From NCBI RefSeq assembly GCF_018350175.1, contig NC_058368.1, forward strand, positions 46,564,001-46,628,000: a stretch of 64,000 nucleotides of DNA, written 5' to 3'. The notes under the pieces are model-generated. The model had not been told where the DNA came from, ran no database searches, and was given only the letters and a program-made list of their open reading frames with translations. Below, piece by piece: positions 24,692-38,289 of this stretch; position 1 is the stretch's first letter, and each line of letters opens with the position of its first letter. Position numbers and translations under genes: made by a program. The DNA comes from Felis catus. Its lineage: Eukaryota.

Positions 24692-24895
24692 CACTGAGCA
24701 ATACAATAGTCAGTAGCTACATGTGTCTGTCTCAATTAAAAGTATTTAAAATTAAATACACTAAAAAAGTTCAGTTCCTCCATTGCACATGTCACGTTTC
24801 AAGTGATAATAGCCACATATGATCAGTGGCTACTGGACTAAATAGTGCAGGCATAGAATATTTTCATCATCAGAAAAAGTCCTATCAGACAGCAC
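24692..24895 (-). mobile_element. MER3-like hAT-Charlie DNA transposon relic
   Basis: ttcagttcctc...cacgtttcaagtgataatagccacatatgatcagtggctac...tagaatattttcatcatcagaaaaagtcctatcagacagcac matches reverse MER3. Confidence 0.85.
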
Positions 24896-27179
24896 CTTTG
24901 TAGAGATTCAATAAGAGTTCAATTAGAATTTACATATAATTATCAACAAAGTATCACAAGAACAGGAAACAAGGAGGGAATCTTGAAGACTACTTTTTCA
25001 ACAGTTTGGAGGGCAGGCTGATATATACACTCAACTGTCTTCTCTGGAAGGTTTTGGTAAACTGAGAGCACCCAACATTTGCTCTCTCTCTCTTACGTTA
25101 AAAACCGCCCCAAACAGACCAGGACAATTTTCTGTTACTTCATATATAATTAATAGTGGTTAAGGAAATTTATATGGCAACTGTTTTGCAGAAGCTTTAA
25201 CTCACACTTTCAATATTTAAAAAGGCTGCTGTCACGGCTGATAGGAATAAAATTAAACCCACCAGCTGTGGTTTGTTTTTTGAAGAAACATATAACATTT
25301 TATTTCTGCTTTGTCTGTCGTCCTTGTAAATGTCAGAAATACAGAACTAAAACGTACTGAATATTCTGGTTTACTGTTAGAGTCTCCTGAAAAGGCTTTT
25401 TTTTTTTTTTTTAATTAGATGGCTATTTTGGTAATTTTTAGTGAGAGATTTTTGTTTCTTTTTACAGTGGTTGAAAATGCACAGTTCTTATATTTGCTCA
25501 GCCAAAGAAATGTGATAATAAAATCCATTTGAATACTTTCTAATTTTTATACTCTTTTCTTTGTGAGACTTGTCATCAAAGGATGATCAAGGATTTTTAA
25601 AAGAGATATATTTTCCAATTCTTCCATTTATTAGAATTTTGAGTCTATTCCAAGAAATGTCATCCTAGATTATTTAAAATTGACCAGGTGTTTAGCCATA
25701 AAGGTCAAAGTATTTTGCTGAGACTCAGTAGTTTTCATGAGACATTCTAGAATCATAGCACTGAATTACAAAGTTTCCTTTTGATCTGTGGCATTGATGT
25801 TACACACTGGGATAATAGAACTTACTTGTCACAAAATTCACTTAGAGTCTAAGAGAATATAGTTTGACAATTTAATTCTTTTCCATTATTTTTAACTAGG
25901 AAAAATTTTATACTATTCTTTTTAATGTTTTTGCCTTATAAGCAGTCAGCCATTGATAATTACCCAAGAACAAAGACGTAAGTACAAAAACCTCGGCATT
26001 ACCTATTATTATATATCAGTACTTGTTAATGTCATTCTAATCAAAATAAAATTATTTAAATCTAAGCAGTATTACATATTGTGAAGAATTGCCTGATCAG
26101 ATCTCTCAAAACTCACCATTATCTCACAATATCGTTAACTACTCTTGGTCTGCTTGCCTCCAAATATTTCCTTTTCTAACCTATGATGATATCAACATCT
26201 TCCTCTACTGAACCTAAAATCTCCACAGAGAGCAGTTTATTTGGATTTGATACAAAAAGATGGAGTCCTTCCAAAATGTCATGACACTTTTGTCAACATA
26301 CCACAACTAGTTACTTTCTTTTCATCAATTGATTATGAATCTAAAAATCATCAAGTAGATGTGAATTTACATTCTAGTATAAGAAATATGGAGAGAACAC
26401 CATCCTGGGCACCCAGGGACGGGGGGAAGTAGATAGTGGCAGTGTGACAAGTCCAGGGCAGAGCTGGGTTCCCAGAATGAGTTGTAGGAGGGCACGAGAG
26501 GGGAACTTCTGGCTTTGCAGTTTTGCCTAAGGCAGTCCCTGCTTTTACAGAACAGAATGAACAAGTAAATCATTTCCCTTATAATGGCATACATAATACA
26601 CTCACACGTTATATTTATGCTAAATTAGCAATTGTCTATTAAAACGGGAGCTTTATATCCAAAAACAACAACACAGAAACATGCCAATAAGCTTATTTGC
26701 TACTGTATTTATAGTTCAAAACTGTAGTTTCAGTGAGATTAGAATAAATATTGGATCCTCATTTTTCCCAGTTCATTTGCGCTTTCTGCACCCCTGTCAT
26801 TTTATAATGCTCTGCCAGTATTTATCACAGATTGCAAAAAAGAAAAAAAAATCCCTGAATATGTAAAAATAGCAGCTGTTATTTGCCATTAACAATCGGG
26901 TAGCTTCATAAATCTTTACAAACTCACAGAGAAAACAGAAGTGTGTGGCTTTAAGACTGGTCAAAGTAAATTTTTATTCTGTCTTAAAGCCAAAAACTAA
27001 CTTTGGTTTTTATTTTAAGCTATTATTCCCTTCATTTATAAATATTTTTGGAAATATGAATCTACTACGTTATCTTTGGTCGTATGATTACATGGATGTA
27101 ATATCAACATTTGGTGATTCATTTCTACAAATCAACAAATAAAAGTATTTTTAAGAAATTAATCCACACCCCAATTTTT

Positions 27180-27660
27180 GTTTCCATCCAAATAATTTGG
27201 CAATATCTCTCAGTTCAAATCTTAAATATTTCTTGGATCTGTCATGTTTTCTATGTCTCAACTGACACTGCCTGGGTAATATAAGCCTAAAAGGTTCTCA
27301 TAATTTCTAACATTGCTTCACCACTATCTCCTGAATATTTTCCTGGTGGTAATATCATCCCCATGAAATAATGTTATGAGAGTAATTTATATAGTTTGAA
27401 CACACAACCATCTCCCCTACTTAATATGCTGACACATAGACCTTTCATGATGTGACCATTACCTTATCTCTGATATCACCTCCAACCTTGGACCAACGGG
27501 CCCACCATATGAAGCTATGCCAAGTAGACCTCAAATTGCTTTCTCTTACATTTCCACATCTACATTTCCATATGCTTTTCTCACTGCTTTACACAGGTAT
27601 CTCCAGATTTTTCAGGAATTAATTTAAATTCTATTTCAAATTTGCAATCCCTTGTTAATG
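27180..27660 (+). mobile_element. Highly degraded L2 fragment
   Basis: atcttaaatatttcttggatctgtcatgttttctatgtctcaactgacactgcc and similar pyrimidine-rich L2-like segments. Confidence 0.35.
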
Positions 27661-29027
27661 TGCCGCTTCTAAAAAGTCTCCAAAAGATTTGTTGTTGTTA
27701 TTATTCCACAATTCCACAACCTGTTTCTGTGACCTCAACTTTCATTATGGACCAGAATTATCCATTTTATGGTCTGCCTTGATCAAATTAAACATCTGCC
27801 TGCAAAATTTCTACTACACTTTTGATATGGCCAAAGCTCTAAAGAGATTTTCTAGTAGTTTGCAAAGAATTTTCATTATTTTTATAAACACAAAAGTAAT
27901 CAGAAAAGAAATATAAGCATCATTGGAGGCACTAATGTAATCTGATTCTGCATCCTTCATAGAGGTGATTTTAATATAATATCTTAAGATATAAAATATC
28001 ATGTTCCCTGTTCTGTCAAGGTCATTTGGTCACTGATTTCAAAGAAGTCAATGTTCTGGAGCAGTTTGACATCCTACTTGTATGTCTTCAGCGAGGTTTA
28101 GTCAATACAGTAGGAGGAATCATTAGTTATTCAAGGTAAAACTTTCAAAAAATGCGACTAAGACACTTTGACCTTCTCTGAATCAGGAAATGCTCTGTGC
28201 ATCTTTATGCTCTTTTAAATATAATTTGTCTAAACTGTCTAAAGTAAATCAAAAACTATCACTCAACCCTCTTAGTAAAAAGGGTAAATTTTAATTGCAG
28301 AACTTAAAACCTCACAATTAAAAGCTATGCGGCTACTTAAAGCCAGCACAAACACGGGAATGAACACCGGCGCATACAAATTAGATTCCTTAACGTATTT
28401 GTAATTCTGAAGGATACTTTAAAGCATAGACCATTTATATGCTTTAAATGTCTTCATAAAGGAGGACTAAATGGATCATTGTTATACTTTCATAAAGTTT
28501 TGTCATGTATATTCCTAGAAATAACTTTATGACTAGCAAAACCTTTTTCTGATGAGATGTTAATAACACATCTCAAGTAGAAACAAATATGTGAAAAGGA
28601 AAAAAATTCCTTTATGCTGAAAAGTGTACTTAGAATCATAATATTAACAAGTGCACTTTTAAAGTTGAAAATGGTGCCACTAACTAATAAATAAAACTCA
28701 AGAAAAAAGTCAACTCAAAATGTAAGGAGGAAAAAAATGAATGTTATTACCCCTCAACATATAGTAACATTAATTTTCTATTCCTTGCAAACAAAGATGT
28801 ACTGCCTTCTACATGGGACACAGTCTTATTTAAGAACAGCTTTATAACAAAACATATATACTCAAATGATACAAATCTTCATCATCCAAACTAATTGGAC
28901 AAATAAATACAGAGTTGTAGCAGAAAGGAGAGAAAATATAAGGCGACATTATAATCAAATATTAACTAATAACGTAGATCCCAACGTTAAAAGAAGCTGA
29001 AGAGGAAAAAGATACAGATTTACCCAC

Positions 29028-29066
29028 CTACTTCTGGAATTCTCAGCCCGTTGGGTTCAGAATCTT
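29028..29066 (-). other. Candidate 35-43-nt exon with three staggered donors
   Basis: Minus strand: ccccttcaacctatttttcag|AAGATTCTGAACCCAACGGGCTGAGAATTCCAGAA|gtag|gtgg|gtaaat. Confidence 0.4.
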
Positions 29067-29324
29067 CTGAAAAATAGGTTGAAGGGGCAGTAGTAAGAAT
29101 TTAATAGTCTTCCAGTATTTAAGAAGGCTGTGGTAGAGAATACAGAGTGTGTACGTGTGTGCGTGTGTGCACGCGAGGAACGGGGTGAAGATGTAAAGAC
29201 ACAAGAGTCACTATCACTGAAAGAAAAATAACACACAGAAGTGTTGAAAGTGGAAGCTGACTCGGAGCCCAACTTTGCCAATTCCACAATTTTGCAAAGG
29301 TTAACAACAGTTAATATAATAACA

Positions 29325-29520
29325 ACCAACACTTTCTGAAAGCCTATTAAATGCCAGGGCCTGTACTAAATACTTTGCTTATGTTATTTAACATTCACAA
29401 AAACACTGTCATTTAGAAAGAATACCTCCCTTTACAGATGAGACTATGGATAAATGACACGGAAAAGACCAAGATTTGCATTCAGGTTTATCTAATGCCC
29501 AAATCAGTGTTCTATCACAA
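29325..29520 (-). mobile_element. MIR
   Basis: gcctattaaatgccagggcctgtactaaatacttt...ttacagatgagact...ccaagatttgcattcaggttta. Confidence 0.7.
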
Positions 29521-31540
29521 TACACTTTGCAATTAAAGGAGAATCCATTCAAGGGAATATTTGTATCATATGTAACTACCAATGTGTAAGCCTTAACAGG
29601 AATAATGTAATTTAGTAGAATAGTGAGCACCTGACACAAATCACTGGATTTGGGCGGAATTTTGTTGAATATGGAATGTTTATGAAAGAGCGTCATTCCC
29701 AAAGAATTCATTAAGGTATAAGTTATAAAAGCATTGACAAGATATACAGTGGACTCAGGTGACTCTTTTTCTTCTGAATAGGAAGAAAAAATACTATGAA
29801 TTTGCCTGTAGAAATGGTAAAGAAGATAAATTGATGGCTCTAATCTTTTAGCACAATCATAACTAAAAGCTCATATAGCTTCAACTTCATTATTTTTAAC
29901 AAAATTCACTACGTTACAGTTACTTGTAGAGTACAAAGTACCATAAATAATTTAAATTAAACTACACTTGTCAAAATAAATGAACAAGTAGGTTTTATGA
30001 TGCAGTACATTTTATGATGCCCTTGATTCTTTAATTTGTGTGTTTTGCTTACTTGCTAATTCACAAAATACTATAATCTGCAATGACTCTTGTACTCATT
30101 AGTATAGATTACCAATGTCGCAGCTCAACAGGAAAATCAGTATGGAGAAGCACTGTACTGAACCAAAGTGTCTTTTTAATAATATCCTGTGAATATTTTA
30201 TAGATACTGATTTGAAGGAAATAAGAGAACTATTTCACCTTCTTCCATACTAACTCACCAATTATGCCTGTGTATAAGGACAGGGAAAAATCTATATATC
30301 TATAGCTATAGTTGAATCTACATTTATATCTATCTGTAAGAATATTTACAGGGTTTAGACTCACTAACTATCCTTATCTAAGTTATCTGACTATATTTCC
30401 CCCCAAAAGAAGTTTCTTACTAAATAATTCTGTCCTACTATAATTAAAATATCAAAATTCACATGATCAATTTGTTTATACTGTATTACATACGTACACA
30501 TAAAGTGTTTTCTACGAGACTTGTACTAGAGCTCTCCAACAAGATCTGGGCAAAATCATCACAAGGTAAAATATTAACATAATTAACAATAGCTTTTGTA
30601 ATTATAAATGCATAATTGATACTGAACCAAAGAAGCCTATAACAGAAACATTTTATGTCTATTATATATTACACACTGAATAGAAAAAAAAACAAGTTGT
30701 TATGAAACAAAAAATTTCTCGAAGTTAGCATGATTTCTAAATACCAGATAGGACCCATCTAATTCCTCCATTACAACGTATAGTCTACCAGAAAATAAAG
30801 CTCTCTCAGAGAACTCCACCAACCACTAGTTTACCATTCAATTACTGAACCTCTGACGTCCTTGAGAGTATCTAACTAAATGCCAAGAAACCAAGAGAAG
30901 CTCTCTGAAAAATCATTGAGTGTACTTAGCCTTGGTTCTTATCAAGCCAGAAGTACCCTCCTTATGGTATCCCTTTCCCATTTTACCTGCTTTATTGCTG
31001 CAAATAGTGGGTAGCATAAAGTCAATGGAAACATCCCTCGGCATAATCCCCTGAACCTCACTTCCCGCTTTCATGTAATAAGGTTAATAAAGCCTTCCTG
31101 TGAAAACAGATAAGTGAATATTTGTTAAGAATATTTTTTAAAAACTGTAAGTCTCCATGGAAGGTGGTAAAAGGTATCTAAAAATACATCTTTTATTACA
31201 AGTTGAAGTGTTTATAAGTTAGAGAACAATGAACTGAATAGCTTTTCCCTGTATCTTTCCTCATTCTCTATGAATTTACACATTTCTGTTCCTTTTATGT
31301 ATTTGACATCTTCCAAAAACTGACTCTCAAACTAAACTGGCCTACAACTATTTAAAATTGTGCTCCCAGTACTAATTTCAAGTATCACAGGGCCTTCCAT
31401 ATATTTTATTTTGACTCTGGATTTATGATTTGTTGATAGATTTCACAAAGAATTAAACTCAAGGGATATATATATTTAAATATTAGGCAGAGAGCTCCAA
31501 TTTTATATGTACTGTAATAAAAAAAATGAGTATTTCTAAG

Positions 31541-31778
31541 ACTTTTTTCTTTAATGTTTATTTTTGAGAGAGAGACAGAGCTGAAGCAGGGGAGGGGCAG
31601 AGAGAGGAGCAAGACACAGAATCTGAAGCAGGCTCTATCCAGGCTCTGAGCTGTCAACACAGAGCCCGATGCCAGGCTCAAACTCATAAACTGCAAGATC
31701 TTGACCTGAGCCTGAGATCATGACCATGACCTGAGATCAAAGTCGGACCCTTAACCGACTGAGCCACCCAGGCGCCCC
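31541..31778 (-). mobile_element. Can-SINE (SINEC_Fc) with internal duplication
   Basis: Ends CCCAGGCGCCCC; TSD gagtatttc(t/a)aa at 31528 and 31779. Confidence 0.96.
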
Positions 31779-31839
31779 GAGTATTTCAAAATCATAAGAA
31801 TATAAATTGAACTGTTCATGATCATTGGGCTCCACTTAC

Positions 31840-31915
31840 CTCTCTTACAGAATATATCAGCATAGTACATACTGATGATACATCTCCATGTCTACTTGTC
31901 TCAAAAATCCTAGAG
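31840..31915 (-). other. Weak candidate exon (70 or 76 nt)
   Basis: Strong donor GAG|gtaagt at 31840; weak acceptor attattctgtag; a second GTAAGT lies 25 nt upstream of the acceptor, so the structure is ambiguous. Confidence 0.2.
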
Positions 31916-32649
31916 CTACAGAATAATTTTAAAAACTTACTGCTGCTTTGATTGTATTTGACCAACTTCTACCCTTAAAAGAAGTTTGTTCTTCTTATCT
32001 TGATGAGTTTAGATTAAAGACATTATCTTCATTCCAAAATTATGTACTATCATCAGTAGTTAAGGACAGGTCAATGGTGGTTAGGGGGCATCAAAATGGT
32101 ATCATCATATGCATAAATTAAAATAAATTAGGTAACAGTTCCCTGAAGTCCATTTCCAATTGACTCAGACATTTACTAGGTATGTCCCATCAGTGTCCAT
32201 TTTATACATTTTTATATACTAATCATTCAAATATATCCGAAGCCACTTAGCTTAAGATTTTTCCTAACAACAGGAGGCTAAAATCATGCTACAAAAAAGG
32301 GAGACAGCTGGAAAATGCTTATTCTCCATCATGACCAAATTTAGAATTCAGATATCTACATCACCTAAACTGCCGTTGGATTATCACCCAAGGAAATCAC
32401 ACTTTGGTGCTTAAATCATGACTCCACATAAATGCTAAATCATAGCACAGTCAGCTTCAAATTGCTTGATCTGCCCCAGGCCCACTTCGTTAGATGTGAA
32501 AACTCATAGCTACTCTTCCACACCATTACTGCCCAAATTGAACTTCTTTGTAAAGGTTTTACACTTGACTTACACTAAAATGTTGTCCAATATGCCCAGT
32601 TCCTTAAACATATTCAGAATTTCAAACAAAGGTAATAGATTTCATACAT

Positions 32650-32790
32650 TAAAGAATATTGAGTGCCGACTATGTTCTAGGCACTGTGCTCAGTCATTTT
32701 ATGTATGCCAGTCCTAAGTACTGGATTTTATTATTTTTCTTCAACAGAGGAGAGACTCAAAAGTAATCTCAATTTACTAAGTTAGTAATC
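32650..32790 (-). mobile_element. MIR fragment
   Basis: tattgagtgccgactatgttctaggcactgtgct is the reverse MIR/L2-type tail. Confidence 0.6.
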
Positions 32791-32872
32791 ATGACCACCA
32801 TTTCTAGAGCACCTACCAAGGAACAGAGGTTTTATCCACAATCACTATGACATTTAATATCACAAAATTCTG

Positions 32873-33039
32873 GTGGCGCCTGGGTGGCTCAGTCGGTTCA
32901 GCATCCAACTTTGGCTCAGGTCTGATCTCACTGTTCATGAGTTCGAGCCCCACATCGGGTTCTGTGCTGATAGTTCGGAGCGTGGAGCCTGCTTCAGATT
33001 CTTTGTCTCCCTCTGTCTCTCTCTGTGACCCTCTCCTGC

Positions 33040-33088
<49 letters not shown>

Positions 33089-33100
33089 AATAAATAAACA
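32873..33100 (+). mobile_element. Can-SINE (SINEC_Fc) with long (CT)n and almost no A tail
   Basis: Identical flanking repeat ttaatatcacaaaattctg at 32854-32872 and 33101-33119. Confidence 0.97.
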
Positions 33101-33619
33101 TTAATATCACAAAATTCTGCAAGGGAGATATTACTCTACACTTAGGATAAAGAAGAGGATCCTATGAGTTGAGTTATTTGCCTAAAGGTCTTAACGTGTG
33201 AACAAGCTAGTGATCAACCCAAGTGTGTCAGACCCAATAGCTTACATTCAAGCTGAAGTCCCATAATTTTCCTGACATACATACCCAAGTTTTCATCTCC
33301 ATCCACAGATACCTTCTCATCTTTCCATTAACAAGGTTTCCTTTCTCCATTCTGAATGAGAATTCACTCCTCCTCTGACTTAAAGTCAGTACAACTGGGA
33401 AAGGAAAGCAACCGCACCAGGTTTAAGAGCAAAACTGCAATATGATTTCATGAGATTAGTTCTCACCCAAGCCATCTAACAGATGAGGAATGTGCCAGCA
33501 TGTTCAGGAAGTGTAAAATACACACCACTCAAAACACAAGTTCTAGGAGGGCACAACATATATTTAAATGGATAGCTCTTTTCTAATCATAATGCAAAAT
33601 TACATGCAAATTTATAATT

Positions 33620-33780
33620 TTTAGAGTTAAAAGAAACATAAGAGATTATCTAGCCCAGTGATTTCATTTTACAGATCAAAAGTCATGAGGCCTAAGTAAA
33701 TGAAGCTATCTATAGGGCCAGTTAGGCGACAAAATAAAGGCTTGAATTCAGACGTTGAGCCCTGAGCAGGGACTCCTTAT
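33620..33780 (-). mobile_element. MIR3/MIRc-like fragment
   Basis: agagattatctagcccagtgatttcattttacagat. Confidence 0.55.
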
Positions 33781-34159
33781 CCTGTGATGTTGCATTCTTG
33801 CAATAATTATTTGAGGGCAAAGATAAAGTTGATGCAAGTGGTGAAATAAATGGGTTATCATCCTATCAACAAGTGATTTGACTATGGCCTTATCTGCTAG
33901 TAGAAAATGAACTAGATGAACTGAATATAAATATAAGAACTTTCTCATCAGTCAATTTCATTGTGCTTGTCTAGAAAGTCTAGTTTTTCCAAATACACAG
34001 TTTCAAAAAATGACCTTTAGTGAATGAAACCTCTGACTGCTGCCACAACTATATACAAGTTTATAAATTACACATTCTGCTTAGCTATACAACCACTCCA
34101 AACTACAGAAACAAAATAAGTGGAAGTTGTTAACATCCACACATACACATGCTATGTAT

Positions 34160-34216
34160 TTATATTTATTATATTATATTATATTATATATATTATATTA
34201 TATTATAAAAATATAT
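34160..34216. repeat. (TATAT)n AT-rich microsatellite
   Basis: Direct reading. Confidence 0.9.
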
Positions 34217-34880
34217 TTGACTCTTCATAAACATAATTCATTAAAGTAATATCCTGCATATATGAATGAAGGACTGCTATGATGAGAAAATATATGAGAG
34301 TAAAGAATGAAGTGTCTTACAAAACATTTTTAAATGGGATTTTATTAATAACAGTGGTAAAAACTTGGCATCAAACAAGTTGCATATAATTCAATACAAG
34401 TAAAATTTTAAAACATTAAAGGACTGAAATTAGATTGTAATGGACTCTTTGGATTAAATCAATGCAATTAAGAATATGATGAAGTATCCAGTTATCTGTT
34501 TTCTGAGCCTTTGAAAAGTGGAAAAATTAATGGAACTGTACAAGAAATTAGGGCTGACTAGATTAATTGCCATAGCAATTGTCATATTATAAATATGTTA
34601 TTTGTGATAATTATGCATCAGTATAATGCTTGGGCTGTCACATTACTTGAACAAATCTTTAGATTCTGAATAAAGATCACCAACATTTCTTTATTTCCAG
34701 CATTATTACAAATTTAGAACACTTTAGAGGAGAAACGTGAAATTCAGTACTAACATAGCATGTGTTTTTAAAAGTTTACCAGCACTTCAACTAATAAGTT
34801 GGGGGAAATTAAGCAGTAAAAATGCAACCTGAGGAAACCTCAACAGGAATGTAAACTAAACGGGTGGGGAGGTCTGTAGG

Positions 34881-35035
34881 TGTCAATCAAGAACAAAATG
34901 CAACTGTCAAGCTTGCTTTGCTAACAAACTGTCACATCAACAATATGGAGTTAATGACTACAAATTAACTGTATACCAGATGCTTGACACTTTGTTATGA
35001 CACTTAGCAAGCTAGTTGACATTTGGGGATCAAAG
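34881..35035. promoter_or_regulatory. Putative enhancer: TGACA/TGTCA cluster with PBX-type, SOX and TCF motifs
   Basis: Six TGACA/TGTCA in about 140 bp, including TGTCAATCA; AACAAT and ATCAAAG nearby; unique DNA. Confidence 0.4.
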
Positions 35036-36211
35036 CTTCTTTAATTACACTTTGTATAACATGTGCAACCTTTATGCTAATGTCCAAATATTCCTTGGAG
35101 CAAGACTGTCCAAGTAAAAACGACCACAGACTGTTTTCTAGGTGTAGGCTGGAAAGTATTCATGTGGCTCTAAAGAAAGGGGGGGAGGAGTAACTGAGCA
35201 AGAGCCAGGCTTCGATGCACAATGTTATTCAGTATTACCATTGCCTAAAATAACACTGTTTTTTAACTTGGTGAACGGGTGAAGCACTTTTTCTCACATA
35301 TAGACACAGTCTGTGAAATTACACATTTTCAAACAAGGTGGTAATAACATTTATAGCCATTTATAAAAAGAAAGACAACTAGGCATATCAGAATTTAAAA
35401 TAACTGGAAAAGGTATTAAAGAGTACAGTGATAAAAAGAAAAAACACTAACTGCCTTTCGGAACACTGATTTGAGTGATTTTTCAAGTCCTTTTTAGGGA
35501 AATGGTTTGACATTTTCCCAAGTGAATAAAACTCAAAAAATGATATAAGCAAAATTTTACATTATAGGTATAATACTGAATACTGAACAGGCATAACCAT
35601 GAATAATAGGCTATGTCAACATAAGAAAATGTTAACATTGTAATCAGATTTTAAATAAGCTCATATTAACAACAACAAAGGGCTGTCTTAAAATTAACAA
35701 AATTTAGAAAATATCTAATAAATCAGAAAGAAAAATACATCACTAAAAGTATCTACATATCTTTGCAATAAGTTAATGCAGTAGCAATAAAAATCCATTG
35801 GAGCTTCCTTTGGAAAAGGCACTGTCTTTGTATATGCGGCAGACACAGTTAAATGATACTGTTACAAGATTCAGAGGCATGTGACCCTGCATCCCATTTT
35901 TGCCTGCACTATACTTGTCGGGAAAAGGCAAGTTTGAGATATGTGAAGAAAAATAAAAGGAAAGAAAAATATATAACGCTACAACTGGAAAGAACATTGA
36001 GGGTCATCTAGTCCAACCTTTTCTCTCTATAATCAGGAAAAACCATGGCCCCAATAAGGAGAAATCTCCAATCCATGTTGTTATGGACTGAAATGCCTAA
36101 ATGCAACGTAATTCTATCAGTTGGTGAGCCAATTACTGGATGCTACTGATCTCTTATAATGGCAGACAACTCCTGTATGAGCTAGTGATGCTGGCAAAAC
36201 ACCAGGAAAGT

Positions 36212-36763
36212 ACAGCTGCACTAAACAAGACAGGGACTGCCTGTGACAAGAGTCACTGATGAACACCTGAAATGTGGTTAGTCGGGACTGACACAGGCTA
36301 TAAGTGTAAAATATGCACCAGATTTTAAAGACCATGTATTAAAAATTACAAAATATCTCATTAATAAGTTTTGTATGTTGACTATATGTTGCAATAACAT
36401 TTTGCATTTACATAATGAAATGTATTGTCAAAATTAAGTTCCCTTAGTTCTTTCAACTTTTTAAAATACAGTTATAAGAGGGGCGCCTGGGTGGCTCAGT
36501 CAGTTAAGCAGCCGATTTCGGCCAGGTCATGATCTCGCGGTCCGTGAGTTTGAGCCCTGCGTCGGGCTCTGTGCTGACAGCTCAGAGCCTGGAGCCTGTT
36601 TCAGATTCTGTGTCTCCCTCTCTCTGACCCTCCCCCGTTCATGCTTTGTCTCTCTCTGTCTCAAAAATAAATAAACGCTAAAAAAAAAAAAAAATTTAAA
36701 TACGGTTATAAGAAATTTTAACTCACAGTGTGGTTCACATTATACTTCTATTGGACAGCACTG
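36212..36763 (+). mobile_element. MER33-like hAT-Charlie relic split by a SINE
   Basis: cacctgaaatgtggttagt...taagtgtaaaatatgcaccagattttaaagac...cacattatacttctattggacagcactg. Confidence 0.85.
36480..36697 (+). mobile_element. Young Can-SINE (SINEC_Fc)
   Basis: CpG-rich, near consensus; TSD aaatac(a/g)gttataaga at 36464-36479 and 36698-36713. Confidence 0.98.
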
Positions 36764-37540
36764 AACTGGTCCAAGAGAGTCTCTCCTCAAGGAACTTAAA
36801 GTTGGAAATAGGAAATAAGTAAATGAAATAAACACATGCTCTAGTGAAGATAAAATCAGGTGGCCTGATAGAGAGTGATAGGGTGTGGGTGTGCTTCAGC
36901 TAGAGCTGTCTCTGAAAGTCACTCCGAGGAATGGAAACTAAAGTGGAGACTTCAGGAATGAGAAACACACTCCCAGAGGATTGATGTGGTGAATGAAAGA
37001 TCAAAGAGAAGGTTACTGTAGATGTAGCTAGACTGCAGGTGAGGTTGGCGAGAGAGATAATAGATAAATCTGTCTGCATGCAATGTCTGGAAGTCCCACT
37101 GAGGAGTGAGATTTCCCTTGGCAGAGCGGGAAGTCACCGCAGGGTGTGGATTCACCACCTCTAGGGCTGTGACCCGTATCAAGCTCCTACCATTTCTTGC
37201 CTCTTCTAGGGTCTCCACCAATTTGGTCTTCCTGTCTCTCCTCTTGCACATCAACAGTCGTCTTCTAGGTTAGGCATCAATATTCACTAATATTCACCAG
37301 TAAATTTCCAAATGTAGAATTTTTACCTTCCCATTAGCAAAAAATTCAAAGTAGATAAGATTTGTGTGTTAAAAGTGATTCCTCCTTTGTGATTTGGACA
37401 ATTAAGAAACCTACTTTTGACTCAGATGCCATCCTGTCTCTTTTAGCTTCTACTAAGCTCTAAAAGCACATTTTCTTTCCAGGCTCTTGTGCTAGTCTCC
37501 TAAATACATCTTCTCTAATTGTGAGACTCCAGGAAGGGAC

Positions 37541-38031
37541 CTGTATCGATCAGGGTCTCAGCACGGAATGCAGTCCCCTCAAGTGTTATAATTGAGGAGA
37601 GTTACATGATTTAGGGAGTATTTGCAAAAAATATCAGCAGAGTTGAAGTCGACCAATAAGGGAGACTGTGGCACCCTGGGGCTGCAAGGGGTGGGAGGCC
37701 TAAAAGGGCTAGGAGGTGAAATAGTTACTGCAACTGCAGAGGAGCTGAAGCTATAGGAAGATATCACCCTGTAGGAATTGTGGACTTTGGAGGAGGGGAT
37801 GAAGCCACACCTCATTAAGACAGCAGGAAGGAAGTAAAGGAAATAAATGCCTGACCCCACTCTCTCTTCCTGATCTCCAGCCGGCACTTTCCATTGGTTG
37901 AACACATCCAGAAGACAGAGGGCAAGAGAGGCCAATAAGACAGTCCATAAAAATTTGGCTCCCAGAGCGCAGGGCCAAGTGGCAAAGGATGTGGTGTAGA
38001 TCCGGAAGAGCACATGGAAAATATCCAGAAC
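37541..38031 (-). mobile_element. ERVL-class solo LTR (LTR33-like)
   Basis: ataattgaggagagtt...ccattggttgaacacatccagaagacagagggcaagagagg...tagatccggaagagcacatggaaaatatccag resembles reverse LTR33; explains three overlapping ORFs. Confidence 0.7.
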
Positions 38032-38289
38032 TTTACAGAGTGTCACGACATCCTCTCTTTTATTTTATGTAGTCCTGGCCTGGGATTGGCAGCCTCGAGC
38101 TAAAAGCCTTTTTCATAGTCCTAGGTAACACTAGGTACTTCCGTAGTGGATATAAACACACATTCAGAACTGATCCTTTCATTCTACCCTTTTCTCCTTC
38201 CGCCAGCAGAAATAATAGGAATGTACAAACTCCATTCTCTACCACCACAGAATGAGAGCAAATTGGAGAGAGTAAAGGTTCTGTTTCGT

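Noticed and set aside
37579..38046. 155-aa ORF
   Set aside because: Lies within the LTR33-like solo LTR.
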